Origin: a virus
IMG/VR virus record: IMGVR_UViG_3300032431_000004
Coordinates: 10,824-74,823 of that record
DNA length: 64,000 bases
Direction: 5' to 3' (one strand)
The first letter of the stretch is position 1. Every line of letters begins with the position of its first letter. The position numbers and the translations under genes were made by a program. The notes under the pieces are model-generated. The model was not told where the DNA came from and ran no database searches. It saw nothing but the letters and a program-made list of their open reading frames with translations. Shown here in pieces: positions 19,356-29,237 of this stretch.

Positions 19356-19496
19356 ATGACTACCAAAAAGCACGCGATCGCAGCCTATCTAGACGAAAAG
19401 GAAGTTGAGTTCTTATGTGCGATCGCATTGGAGTGGGGATGCAGCATGTCTGCCGCCATCAAAAGGCTAATTAGAGAGAAGGCGAAGGAGGGTTGA
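19356..19496 (+). CDS. CopG/ribbon-helix-helix small regulator (46 aa, not in track)
   Basis: RBS GAGG; MTTKKHAIAAYLDEKEVEFLCAIALEWGCSMSAAIKRLIREKAKEG. Confidence 0.7.
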   Translation: MTTKKHAIAAYLDEKEVEFLCAIALEWGCSMSAAIKRLIREKAKEG

Positions 19497-19517
19497 ATAG
19501 TCAGGCTGACTGACATC

Positions 19518-19632
19518 ATTTCAAAATCACAAAAGTCTGTGACGCTGTGACAACACAACTCTAGTGTATACATACCAATACTTTAGGTGTGTTGCCAAAC
19601 TAATGACAGTCATGTTGACACTGCCTGTTTTT
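19518..19632 (+). repeat. Palindromic dispersed element, copy 5 (right arm only)
   Basis: aaatcacaaaagtctgtgacgctgtgac...gttgccaaactaatgacagtcatgttgacactgcctgttttt. Confidence 0.9.
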
Positions 19633-19637
19633 CACCT

Positions 19638-19677
19638 AAAAACCCCCTCAGAGAAACTGTTCTCTGAGGGGGTTTTT
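19638..19677. terminator. Bidirectional terminator
   Basis: Perfect 18-bp stem aaaaaccccctcagagaa/ttctctgagggggttttt between convergent genes. Confidence 0.85.
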
Positions 19678-19693
19678 GCGATCGCCCTTGGCA

Positions 19694-20014
19694 TTAATCC
19701 AGTAATCGCGTTTCAGCAATTTCTACCCTTAGCCACTCTGATGGGTTCGGGTAGCTTGGGTGCTCAAGGTGCTTTGCTTTGCAGGCTCTCAGGTAGCTAG
19801 CGATCGCGCTTGTGGCACCTTCCTTCGTTTTGGCGATCGCTTGCCATGTTCCCCGATCAAGAGTGCTGCGCCCAAACTGACACTCAGCTGACCATACTGA
19901 TGTCTCTACCGGGCTAACCAAAGTCCAGTAGGCAAAGCTGTCAGACCAGCCTTCCTGAATCTCTACGGCTTCCTTGGAGAGCTTGCAGTCTTCCAATTTC
20001 GTGCTGACTTCCAT
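19694..20014 (-). CDS. Hypothetical protein
   Basis: ORF with upstream RBS-like sequence. Confidence 0.6.
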   Translation of the reverse strand: MEVSTKLEDCKLSKEAVEIQEGWSDSFAYWTLVSPVETSVWSAECQFGRSTLDRGTWQAIAKTKEGATSAIASYLRACKAKHLEHPSYPNPSEWLRVEIAETRLLD

Positions 20015-20039
20015 TTTTCAGTATCCTTTCTAAATTGTA

Positions 20040-20618
20040 TTAGGCATAGTCATTGCAAAATTCCCCATTCCCGCTGGGATGCACGGCACACACAGTCAGC
20101 ACATTTCCAATTTTTGCCCCAAAGAAGTAGTGGCAGTCATGGCAGATGGCAGGAATAGCAATGGAAGGAGGAGAAGAGGTAAAGGCAGCGGAAGGATTAT
20201 ATTTGACCGCACTTCCTCGAATTTTCTTATACGATACATAGCCGCGTGCCTGAATCGTCGTGTCCATGTAGGTCAAGATCCTTCTAGCAATTTCAGCGAT
20301 CACATATTTTGGCGATCCTTGAAGGTTCTCAAAAATGTCAAGATCTACGCAGTATTTAAATCCCACGGAACCATCTTCAGGATCTAGTCCAGGCTGGCGT
20401 GCCACGGCACTTAAGACAGCCGTTCTGGGACTCATTGAGTTGTAGACTTCTGACGAGCAGAAAGACCGAACTCTTATCTCCCACTCCGTCCGAAGTCTTT
20501 TCATTTCACTCTGCACTTCTGCCGCAAGCTGGCTGCTTGACATCAAAGCCATTTGAATTGCCCTCCTAAATGTGTCTGCACTTCCTAGCATAGATGCTAC
20601 CGCGATCGCACGTCCCAA
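20040..20618 (-). CDS. Hypothetical protein with C-terminal Cys-rich domain
   Basis: CHDCHYFFG...VCAVHPSG...CNDY; start uncertain. Confidence 0.6.
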   Translation of the reverse strand: MGRAIAVASMLGSADTFRRAIQMALMSSSQLAAEVQSEMKRLRTEWEIRVRSFCSSEVYNSMSPRTAVLSAVARQPGLDPEDGSVGFKYCVDLDIFENLQGSPKYVIAEIARRILTYMDTTIQARGYVSYKKIRGSAVKYNPSAAFTSSPPSIAIPAICHDCHYFFGAKIGNVLTVCAVHPSGNGEFCNDYA

Positions 20619-20649
20619 GCATTCATCTGCGAGTCAAGTGGAGCAAGCC

Positions 20650-20725
20650 TTTTGATTTCTGCGTTTTCAAAACGCAGAAATCAAAACCTAAAAGGTGGGC
20701 TTGTGTTACCACCTTTTAGGTTTTG
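20650..20725. repeat. Two overlapping long palindromes
   Basis: 18-bp arms with a 1-nt centre (20650-20686); 17-bp arms with a 10-nt loop (20682-20725). Confidence 0.8.
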
Positions 20726-20925
20726 GCGCTGAAACATAATCCCTGCAAAGGTTTGATTGCGATACCACACTGCCTAAACTGCGCTCTAGTCGGTAGCGAT
20801 CGCCATCTATAGCCCGCAATGCTATACACTTTACGCATATAGCCCTCCTTGGGGCTTGGAAGGGGCAAAACTCACCTAGCGGTTCAAGCATCGGGTGAGT
20901 TTTGTTTTGGCAACACAAATTTGTT

Positions 20926-22449
20926 TCAATACCCCCTCATGCCACTATCACCACCATAGCCGCCAGCGCCCACCCGCTTACCTGCACTCAGGAACTCTAT
21001 GGGCGCGCCTTCTTGCAGAGAGGCATACCAGGCGAGGCAACAAGCGATCGCACTATCTCCATGCCGCTGTCCGCCGTCATTGCCCTTACTCCTGCCATCC
21101 TTTACCCGAGGGATGCCGCCGATCATTTGAATGTCACGATGATCTTGTAGCCAGTCAGCAGACTGAGGGATTGTAATCTTCCTATCCTCTAGGGCAGCTT
21201 TATATTTTGGGAACCATTCCCCATAGAACTTTGCTGACAGGTGCAATTGGGCGATACGGCCTGTGCCATATTTCAGCATTGCTGCCTCTGCCAGAAATCC
21301 TCCGTTACCGCCTGCGTCAAACGCGCCAAACATGAACCGAGGCAACCGATCGCATAACCATACCAAAATCTGCTTCTGTTGCTCAAAGGGCACGTTGCGC
21401 AGCTCTAGGGCGAACGGGCAAACCCTCACCAGATTGTCAGCTAATTGCAGCGGCATGAGTACCGTGAGGTCACCCGATCGCCCAAAGTCTTCGCCTAAAT
21501 ACGATCGCCATTCAGGCTCCAGTCGGTGCAGGTATGGTGCTACTGAATCTTGTAGCCAGTCGTCTACATGCGCGATGCGATCGGCTTCACTCCATAGCGC
21601 AAAATCTGAATCCAGTGAAAGTTTCAAAACTGGGATGGCTTCATTCATGCACTGTTCAATCACTGCTCTGGGGATGTAGGTGCCTCCACTTCTAGCAGGG
21701 ATGCAATCCAGCTCTTGTGAGGCGCGATCGGCATAGTTAGCATAGATACGCTCAACAAAGCTAACCTCGCTCTCTGATGACCATGCGGTGCCACTGGAGA
21801 GGCAGATCCGTTGGTACAGGCCATCTGCGATCGCTTCCCTGAATGTGGTGAAATGCCTTGAGTATGGCAGCCTACCAGCTAGCACTTCTAGTTCCAACCG
21901 ATAATAGTCGTTGTCCACTCCGTTATAGGTAGTTATGAGTCTCAGATCGCCACCCCAGATCTGAAGGGCTAGTGACGCCTCAACGACTAACGGAAGGATC
22001 CCTTCATCTAAGAACGCTGCTTCATCCACAATGATTCTGCCTTTGCGCCCACGGAGTTTCCTGGGTGTGCCCGCGATCGCTTCTATTTCATGCCCGCTGT
22101 CAAAGTAAATGCGAAAAACTAGGATCGACTTTTCTTCATCACCCCGCCTGAACACTTCGTCCTTGGTTAGGAAAACTTCAGACTCAGAAATTTGCGACAC
22201 AACTAGGTCATAAGCCCGCGCCCACGCTGCACAGTCTTTAATGAACTGCCTGGTAATGTCTTTGTCGTAACAGATGTAGGTTACGTTCATTCCACCCGCT
22301 GACTTAGAGCAAGCAGCAGTGAGGGCGGCGTCGGCGGCTTCAGTCCAGCTGATTCCTATCCGGCGCGGCTTGGTAAACATTTTCACCTCAGAGCGATCGC
22401 TTAGCCAGCGATGCTGAGCAGGTAGGAATAGTGGTGGGCGACTAGCCAT
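20926..22449 (-). CDS. terL: Terminase large subunit (Mu gp28-like)
   Basis: KPRRIGISW Walker A variant, IIVDEAAF Walker B, GEDFGRSGDLT, HGDSAIA nuclease motifs. Confidence 0.93.
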   Translation of the reverse strand: MASRPPLFLPAQHRWLSDRSEVKMFTKPRRIGISWTEAADAALTAACSKSAGGMNVTYICYDKDITRQFIKDCAAWARAYDLVVSQISESEVFLTKDEVFRRGDEEKSILVFRIYFDSGHEIEAIAGTPRKLRGRKGRIIVDEAAFLDEGILPLVVEASLALQIWGGDLRLITTYNGVDNDYYRLELEVLAGRLPYSRHFTTFREAIADGLYQRICLSSGTAWSSESEVSFVERIYANYADRASQELDCIPARSGGTYIPRAVIEQCMNEAIPVLKLSLDSDFALWSEADRIAHVDDWLQDSVAPYLHRLEPEWRSYLGEDFGRSGDLTVLMPLQLADNLVRVCPFALELRNVPFEQQKQILVWLCDRLPRFMFGAFDAGGNGGFLAEAAMLKYGTGRIAQLHLSAKFYGEWFPKYKAALEDRKITIPQSADWLQDHRDIQMIGGIPRVKDGRSKGNDGGQRHGDSAIACCLAWYASLQEGAPIEFLSAGKRVGAGGYGGDSGMRGY

Positions 22450-22485
22450 ACTATAGAGATGTGTTGGAAGAGAGGGACATTTTCA

Positions 22486-22764
22486 ATGAGCAAGGCAATG
22501 AGATACCTGAAACAGATTGACAAAAAGCGATCTGCAAGCAGCGCTACGCTATCGCACCTAGGAAGGATGTCACCACCGACAGAACCCGTCCATGTGGCAC
22601 CTGTCCTAATATCTACAACTAGATGGGCGGATACTCGTACTGATCCAGCGCAAGATCTCAGGGACGTTTGGCAAACAATGAGAGAATATAATGCCGTCGC
22701 GGATTATCACAAGGCTCAAAAGATTCTTGAGTATATCGAAAAAAGATCTGCTCGCTCTAAGTAA
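22486..22764 (+). CDS. Hypothetical protein inserted antisense between terminase genes
   Basis: Fills the 300-bp gap; GAGGGA upstream of ATG 22486. Confidence 0.45.
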   Translation: MSKAMRYLKQIDKKRSASSATLSHLGRMSPPTEPVHVAPVLISTTRWADTRTDPAQDLRDVWQTMREYNAVADYHKAQKILEYIEKRSARSK

Positions 22765-23584
22765 CAATCTCCCAAACCCTCCTCATAGTTTCATCACGGC
22801 TCTCCTGCCCCAGCCCGCGTGAATCGTCGCCACCCTCAGCCGATCGCATTTCCGGCTTTTCATCTTTGTCTATCTGCTTTTGTTTGAGCGCGTACGCCTG
22901 AAGCGCTTGGAGTCTGCGAGATTCGGCACCGATCAGACTCATGCGCGTGCGGGTAACTTCTAGAATCTCACTCATCAGTTCAGATTCAGGGCACCCAAGC
23001 GCGATCGCTTTTAGTAGGTCATTCGTTTTCTTGGCTACAGTAGCCATGTCCTTTTCCCGATATGCCTCAGACATCTCCTTACTAATTTGCCTCAGCCGTC
23101 CCCAGTGTTTAGCGCTAGGTTCTCCATCGTTCATTCGTTTTAAGAGGCTGCGAGAAAACGTATTCATTAGGGCAATGTCTCTCCGCATCCCTAGCAGCTC
23201 ACCATCTGCGATCGCGTCTTCATACCCTGGCTGCATGGCACCGGGCAGAGCGTCGGTATAGTGCCCTTCATGAATCATTCCCGGTGGGCGGTGCAAATCT
23301 TGCGCGATCGCTTCTATCGCACCCATTGACAAACTTGGGATAGAATTTGCCAGCACTATAGGCGGAGGCGGCAGCGGTGGCGAAACATGTTTTACTGGTT
23401 TCGGCTCACGCGCTTTTAGTGTTTTAGATTGATCCTCTATCCATTTAGCTTTGCCAGCTACAACCCTAAGCCTAGAGTAGGATGGAGCGTTTTCGTCACC
23501 AGTTTCCTCACGGCTTAAATCTTTAAGCTCAACCTTATTATTGATGAAAAAACGGTACAAAGAAGCCCAGTCTATTTCAGCCAT
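22757..23584 (-). CDS. Putative terminase small subunit
   Basis: Upstream of terL; helical, N-terminal HTH-like; call is positional. Confidence 0.5.
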   Translation of the reverse strand: MAEIDWASLYRFFINNKVELKDLSREETGDENAPSYSRLRVVAGKAKWIEDQSKTLKAREPKPVKHVSPPLPPPPIVLANSIPSLSMGAIEAIAQDLHRPPGMIHEGHYTDALPGAMQPGYEDAIADGELLGMRRDIALMNTFSRSLLKRMNDGEPSAKHWGRLRQISKEMSEAYREKDMATVAKKTNDLLKAIALGCPESELMSEILEVTRTRMSLIGAESRRLQALQAYALKQKQIDKDEKPEMRSAEGGDDSRGLGQESRDETMRRVWEIVT

Positions 23585-23641
23585 GTTTCGCACTTAAAAC
23601 ACGAAACCAGAATAACCGAAACACGAAAAGATGCCTAAAAC

Positions 23642-23676
23642 ACGATCGCCGCCTTCAGTCCATAGGCGGCGATCGT
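23642..23676. terminator. Hairpin/terminator
   Basis: acgatcgccgcct/aggcggcgatcgt stem. Confidence 0.55.
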
Positions 23677-23698
23677 CAATTTATTCTATGGGCGATCG

Positions 23699-24100
23699 CT
23701 AGTCTTCCTTTTCAAAAGGTTCAACCTCCAAAATATATAGCGGATACTCTAGCCACCCAAAAGATAAGGACGGCTGCAATGTCACTATAAGAATTTTCAG
23801 TGCGTCCCATAGGGTAGCTGGCCTTACCTTGAACTGTGGCTCCGCGCAGACAATGTTGCAAGATTTATCACTTTTCACTTTTTCCAAAAGCTCTTCCATT
23901 TTTTCTTTTTCAAAGCTGGCGCGATCGCCTTCCCCGTTGCTATGTCTGCTGGCTAGGTATTCTAACTCGTGTTTTTCTTGGATGGCTCGTACATCCGCCT
24001 CGCTCCTCAGTAGTGATGCATAGCCTAGGAAAGTTTGCCTTATTGCTCTGTTAGCGTCCTTTGAGGTTACAAAACTGTCAGACCAATCAAAAGTACCCAT
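23699..24100 (-). CDS. Hypothetical protein
   Basis: ORF with GGAG upstream. Confidence 0.55.
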   Translation of the reverse strand: MGTFDWSDSFVTSKDANRAIRQTFLGYASLLRSEADVRAIQEKHELEYLASRHSNGEGDRASFEKEKMEELLEKVKSDKSCNIVCAEPQFKVRPATLWDALKILIVTLQPSLSFGWLEYPLYILEVEPFEKED

Positions 24101-24215
24101 AGGAAATCTCCGCTTTTTTCAATTGTCGCATGCAGCGCTCCGCTATCGCCTATAGGGGAGTAGCACATTTTTTTAGATTTGGGCTATTCTATGCGCAACT
24201 GTTTGATGAGAAACT

Positions 24216-25364
24216 GTGAAACCGATCCCCATCCTTGCCATTGGCACTCGATTTGCAAATAACGGCATCAGCTACAAATTCTCTCAGGAGGATTTGGAAG
24301 CGATCGCCGCATCGTTCAACGCGTCAAAGCCAAAGGTTCCGTTTGTCGCTGGTCATGCTAGCGATGAGCCGGGGTTTGGGCAGCCTGACGAGTTGGCGGT
24401 GAAGGATGGGGTTTTACATGCCACTCAGTATCAGGTGAACCCGGTCTTTAGGGCGATCGTCAATACTGGCGAATTGTCTGGGGTATCGGTGAAGGTTCGC
24501 ACCCCTAGCCACCCTGACAATAAAACGGGAACCTATGAGCTAAAACACATTGCCTTTTTAGGCCGGACTGAGGCGGCTGATCCTAGCTTGGTTGCTGCAT
24601 TTTCCCGTGAAGCGATCGACCTAGCGCAGCCTGAAGAGATTGAGTTCTCATCGTTTTTAGATTTGAATGATCGACCGATTTTAGAGGCACCTACAGAGGC
24701 AAGCATGACTACAGACATTAAGACTGAGTCGATCGCACCAGTAGCCACCCCGGCTGCCACTCCTACAGAGGCATCCCCTCAGATGAATGAATTATTGGAA
24801 AAGTTGCAGGCTTTAAGCGGGCGACTATCGGTAACTGAATTTGCACAGTTTATGGAAACTGTGAAACCTCCAGCTCCGGTTTCAGTTCCGGCCCCGATTC
24901 CAGAAACTCCTATCGTTGCCCCTGTCGATACGTCTGCCTTAGACGCGATGAGACTGGAATTAGACGCGGCAAATATCGCGTTATCAGATCTACGGACTAA
25001 GGATGCTGCCTTTAGCCGTGCGCAGGCAGTGAGGCCAACAATGGACAAGTTGGTAGAGCGGGGCTATGGCGGCGAGGTAGCTGGCCTTACTGCCATGTTC
25101 TCGGCGATGACAGACGATCAAGAGATTGCATTCTCTAGCCCCGCTGGCGAAGTGAAGGCGTCACAGACTGAGCTGCTAAAGGCTTTTCTTGAGCGATTGC
25201 CGTCGCGCATCACGCTTGGTGGTGAGGTGGCAGGTGGTGAGGTTGCTGAATTCTCCAAGATGAGTCCAGCAGATATCTCTAAGGCGATCGACAAATACCG
25301 TGAGAAGAATCCTACGGCCAGTCCAGGGGAAGCCCTTTCAGCTCTACGAAAAGGAGGCATGTAA
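24216..25364 (+). CDS. Prohead protease/scaffold (Mu gpI-like)
   Basis: P.VAGH, VSV, LKHIAFLG...A.P.L; Pro/Ala-rich scaffold C-terminus. Confidence 0.85.
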   Translation: MKPIPILAIGTRFANNGISYKFSQEDLEAIAASFNASKPKVPFVAGHASDEPGFGQPDELAVKDGVLHATQYQVNPVFRAIVNTGELSGVSVKVRTPSHPDNKTGTYELKHIAFLGRTEAADPSLVAAFSREAIDLAQPEEIEFSSFLDLNDRPILEAPTEASMTTDIKTESIAPVATPAATPTEASPQMNELLEKLQALSGRLSVTEFAQFMETVKPPAPVSVPAPIPETPIVAPVDTSALDAMRLELDAANIALSDLRTKDAAFSRAQAVRPTMDKLVERGYGGEVAGLTAMFSAMTDDQEIAFSSPAGEVKASQTELLKAFLERLPSRITLGGEVAGGEVAEFSKMSPADISKAIDKYREKNPTASPGEALSALRKGGM

Positions 25365-25730
25365 ATGTCAAAACGCAATTACGAATTGGTAAAAGCCTAC
25401 GCACCGGGCGCGGCTTTTGGCAGATATTTGATCATGAAATTTTCAGCACCAAATACTGTAGTCGTTGGGGCGGCTGCTACCGATATCCTGATCGGCGTCT
25501 CAACTGATATTGACACGGCAGCAACCGATGTTGTTGGCGATGTCGTTCGTGACGGCATTGCTCCCGTATTTTATGGCGGCACTGTTGCTGTGGGCGATCG
25601 CCTGACATCAAACGGAGTGGGAAGGGCGATCGCTACCGTTACAGCAGGTAATTTTTTCATTGGCATTGCTGAGGTGGCTGGTGTCACTGGCGATATTGGT
25701 TCTGTCAAGATCGCATCTGGCTACGTTTAA
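25365..25730 (+). CDS. Head decoration/cement protein (DUF2190-like)
   Basis: V.VGDRLTSNG.GRA; between protease and capsid. Confidence 0.75.
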   Translation: MSKRNYELVKAYAPGAAFGRYLIMKFSAPNTVVVGAAATDILIGVSTDIDTAATDVVGDVVRDGIAPVFYGGTVAVGDRLTSNGVGRAIATVTAGNFFIGIAEVAGVTGDIGSVKIASGYV

Positions 25731-25816
25731 GCACTGTTGGAACGCCCTAGGTTAGCCCCCAAGGTTTGTCCCAGACAGCTATTGCAGCTCATCTGTTCAA
25801 AACTAAGGGTTCCAAA

Positions 25817-26776
25817 ATGCCTCTCTCTGCCTATCCAATTGATCCGCAGCTCACTGGACTGTTGATCAGCCACATGAATATGCCGACTGATTACATTGCA
25901 AATACGATCGCGCCTTACCGCCCGGTGGCAGCGCGATTGTTTGAATGGGATCAGTTCAACATTGATGAAATGTTTACACCCCAGGGCGGCGCTGTTGGGC
26001 GGCTGTCTAAAACTGATGACGTAACTTTTGGAGCAACTCGACTCACGTCATCAACGGCAAATTACGCGCTTAGCTCTCCTGTACCGTTTGAAGATATCAA
26101 CAGTCAAGATGTTGGTGTCGGCTACGACGTTTTGAGCCGACACACTGAAGGACTGTCAGCATTGATCCAATTGGATCGAGAGGTTCGTGTAGCTGCAAGG
26201 GTTCAGAACCTCGCTACCTATCCAGCGTCACAGCGGGTCACTCTGTCGGGTACATCTCAGTGGAGTGACTACACTAACAGCGATCCACTGACCAGTATGC
26301 TGACAGCGCTTGACATCCCTCTGCTTCGGCCTAACACGATGATAATGTCACAGTCTACGTGGACAATCCTACGCAGACATCCAAGACTGGTACAAGCGTC
26401 TAAGCCAGCGTCGGTGTCGGGTCAGGGCACTATTTCTCTTGCTGAGCTAGCAGAGGTTCTTGAGATTGATCAAATACTTCTTGGCAAGGCACGGAGAAAC
26501 ACTGCTAAGCCTGGACAGCCCGCAGTGATGGGGCGTCTATGGGGTAAAGGTGTAGCTGCTGTCTACATCAACCCAGCGGCACAGCTGCAAGGTGTAGCTA
26601 CCGAACCGACATTCATGCTGACGCCTCGGTTTGGGACTCCAGTAACGAATCAAGAGCCTGTCGCTCCTGGGCAGATGGGCATGTACGGCGGCATTCGGGT
26701 AACGGCTGGCGAATCGGTTGCTGAGCTGGTTCAGTCCACTCAGGGCGCTTACTACTGGGAGGCAGCAGTCGCCTAA
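25817..26776 (+). CDS. Major capsid protein
   Basis: DPQLTGL, YIA..IAP..PV, REVRVAA, QWSDY.NSDP, PNTMIM; position. Confidence 0.9.
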   Translation: MPLSAYPIDPQLTGLLISHMNMPTDYIANTIAPYRPVAARLFEWDQFNIDEMFTPQGGAVGRLSKTDDVTFGATRLTSSTANYALSSPVPFEDINSQDVGVGYDVLSRHTEGLSALIQLDREVRVAARVQNLATYPASQRVTLSGTSQWSDYTNSDPLTSMLTALDIPLLRPNTMIMSQSTWTILRRHPRLVQASKPASVSGQGTISLAELAEVLEIDQILLGKARRNTAKPGQPAVMGRLWGKGVAAVYINPAAQLQGVATEPTFMLTPRFGTPVTNQEPVAPGQMGMYGGIRVTAGESVAELVQSTQGAYYWEAAVA

Positions 26777-26991
26777 TGAAATTCATTCTCGCTGACAGTC
26801 TGGAGCGCGATCAAATCCTTTACTCCCCTGGCGAGTTCATTGAACTAGATGAGGAGAAGGATAAAAGCGCGATCGCATCTTTCAAAGCGCTTGGGGTGAT
26901 TAAAGACCTTCCGCAGGCACCGGAGATCAAAACCGCCAAAAATGCCACCAAGCCGACTCCCGAAGTTCTGCCCAAGCCAGCAGCTAAATAA
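26776..26991 (+). CDS. Small head-associated protein
   Basis: YSPGEFIEL; coupled to capsid. Confidence 0.65.
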   Translation: MKFILADSLERDQILYSPGEFIELDEEKDKSAIASFKALGVIKDLPQAPEIKTAKNATKPTPEVLPKPAAK

Positions 26992-27416
26992 TGATTTACG
27001 CCACCGTAACCGACATGACAACAGCGTTTGGGTTCGACGAAATCCTCGAACTCAGCACCCTTGATGACGCGGCAGCTCAATCTATTGACGCTGCTGTAAT
27101 CGAAGGTGCGATCGCTGATGCTAGCGGGCTAATCAATGGCTACCTACAAGGGAGGTATACGTTGCCGCTGCTGGTTATTCCTGCCATGTTACGGCGCATC
27201 TGCTGTGATATTGCCCGGTACTATCTCCATCGGATTGCACCGTCTGAGGACGTTTTAGAACGGTATAAAAGCGCTCTAAAACTGCTGAGTGAAATCGGCA
27301 CCGGGCGGGTTGATCTAGGGCTAGCGGTTGCGGACTCACCAGCTGCGGTGGGTGGTCTGCCCATCTTTGTCGCTGGCGATCGCATTTTTACTGCTGCTAA
27401 TTTGCAGAGATATTGA
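26991..27416 (+). CDS. Head-tail connector (Mu gp36/DUF1320)
   Basis: YATV.D, AS..INGYL.GRY.LPL, CDIARYYL, RYK.AL. Confidence 0.9.
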   Translation: MIYATVTDMTTAFGFDEILELSTLDDAAAQSIDAAVIEGAIADASGLINGYLQGRYTLPLLVIPAMLRRICCDIARYYLHRIAPSEDVLERYKSALKLLSEIGTGRVDLGLAVADSPAAVGGLPIFVAGDRIFTAANLQRY

Positions 27417-27856
27417 TGACTGAGTTTGATCCGGTAGAACAACTAATCATTGAACGGTTGCTCAGTGAAATGGGCACCGATTTTAATGTGATGTCGTTCA
27501 CCTATGATCTTTCAGCTGTGGCTAAACCAGTTGCTCGGGCAACCATTTTGATTGGGCATAAAGGCGATCGGCTAGCGGCACCGAATCGGCTTGACCCGTT
27601 ACCACGGGCGATCGCGCAGCAACGGGTGGTGAGTTATGAAACCATCATTCGGTTTCAGGATTTACGCACTAATCTGCGCGTCAAGCCATTCGCCGATCGC
27701 ATCCAAAATGCACTGACAGGCTTCTCGCCTTCCCCACCGCCTGCAACATTCATGTATCAGGTGCAGGGCGGGTTTGTACCTGTTTCAGATGGGCTGCTAC
27801 TCTATGCCCAGATCTTTGAATTCTCGTCTCCCTATCAACAATTGAAGGCTATCTAA
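27413..27856 (+). CDS. Tail terminator/completion protein (Mu gp37-like)
   Basis: Position; I.NALTGF.P. Confidence 0.6.
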   Translation: MMTEFDPVEQLIIERLLSEMGTDFNVMSFTYDLSAVAKPVARATILIGHKGDRLAAPNRLDPLPRAIAQQRVVSYETIIRFQDLRTNLRVKPFADRIQNALTGFSPSPPPATFMYQVQGGFVPVSDGLLLYAQIFEFSSPYQQLKAI

Positions 27857-28596
27857 TGGCATTACTTTATGGGATTGGATCTTTCGACTTTCTCACTCTT
27901 GGCCTTACGCCAGAACGCTTGCTACCAGTTGAGCCGATGGAGTTTACGTTGGCGGGTGAAAGCACTAGCAAAACCTCCACTAAATTCAAAGATGGCATCT
28001 TGGTAACTGCGGGAACGGCTCAGGCTGGAGAGACTTTTACTCTGACGATTGGGATTGAGGCGGTGAACTGGCTATCGTTGCAATTTGCTTATGGTGAACT
28101 TGCAGGCACTACCGCTAGCATCGCACTGCCAACCCTCAAGTATGCTACGATTCCCGCCCTAACCCCGTTTGAGATTATTGATACGGATCTGACGTCCTTG
28201 ATTGTTTACGCAACGAACTTGGCAAGTGGAATCCCACTGACTCGTGTTGTTGGAGTACCTGCGGCGTCAGGAGAATTCCAAGTAGTGACGGGCACAACTA
28301 GATTAATCTTCCACTCTTCTGACGCTGGAAAAGCGATCGCGTATCGTACGTTCAAAGCGTATACGAATGTTTCAACCATCGGGGTTGAGGCAGTTGCTAC
28401 AACCCTGTCAAATTTCCAATTCAGCGGAGTTTGCTACAACGACGAAGAAAAATACGAGCTGGTCATCCCCAGAATGGGGAAAACGAACATCCCTTCGCTG
28501 GGCATTTCTGATGTTACGAAATTGGACGTTGAATTCCAGCTGGCGCTAACGGGTTCTAACCGTAAAGTATTCCAGCTGATCAAGCTACCTGCCTAA
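27856..28596 (+). CDS. Major tail tube protein
   Basis: Position, beta-rich Thr/Gly composition; no sheath gene, so siphovirus. Confidence 0.7.
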   Translation: MALLYGIGSFDFLTLGLTPERLLPVEPMEFTLAGESTSKTSTKFKDGILVTAGTAQAGETFTLTIGIEAVNWLSLQFAYGELAGTTASIALPTLKYATIPALTPFEIIDTDLTSLIVYATNLASGIPLTRVVGVPAASGEFQVVTGTTRLIFHSSDAGKAIAYRTFKAYTNVSTIGVEAVATTLSNFQFSGVCYNDEEKYELVIPRMGKTNIPSLGISDVTKLDVEFQLALTGSNRKVFQLIKLPA

Positions 28597-29237
28597 TGTA
28601 TCTGGAATTCTCGCCACGAGCTGAGTTTGTAGATCGACTTGGCATTACCCGTCGCGTTGCCCTGTGTTCCCTCATAGGGCAACAAGAGTTCTTTGAGCGC
28701 ATCACTGAAATAGCCAGCCTGTTAGGTGATGCTGATGCTGGCGAAAGCTGGCAGGAGCTATATGCGAAAAGCGATCGCTTTCAATTTCTGTCTAAACGAT
28801 GCCTTGAGCTAAATGGCATCGATCCTGAATGGCTAACTCTAAACGACCTAGAACCCCTACTAATTGGTCAGGGGGATGAGCCGGGGTGGCTAGTAACGCT
28901 CAACACCCCTAAGCCTGCCGAAGGCAAGGAGAGGGGGCAAAAGGATAGTGCATCACTAGCTGAGATTGTGGCCGCGATTGGTTCAATGACTGGCTCAATT
29001 GAAGAGGGTTTGAGGCTGGTAGCGACATTGCCAGCCCCGGTGCTATTGGAGATTCTAGAGGCACGGGTAGACCAAACGCGATCGCCAGAAGAGAAACAAA
29101 AGGCAGACTTTAAGAAACGCAAGCCCGACCTCCTGAAGGCGCTGAAGGAAGTTCAGGAGCGCCACAAAGCTGAATATCTAGCAGGAATGAACGATGGTAG
29201 CCAACACGACAGCGGTGATCCGGCTCAGCCTCAATAG
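28596..29237 (+). CDS. Tail assembly chaperone
   Basis: Between tube and tape measure. Confidence 0.55.
   Translation: MYLEFSPRAEFVDRLGITRRVALCSLIGQQEFFERITEIASLLGDADAGESWQELYAKSDRFQFLSKRCLELNGIDPEWLTLNDLEPLLIGQGDEPGWLVTLNTPKPAEGKERGQKDSASLAEIVAAIGSMTGSIEEGLRLVATLPAPVLLEILEARVDQTRSPEEKQKADFKKRKPDLLKALKEVQERHKAEYLAGMNDGSQHDSGDPAQPQ

Noticed and set aside
28596-29237. Programmed G/GT frameshift in tail chaperone
   Set aside because: A single ORF runs into the TMP start; no second frame needed and no convincing slippery site
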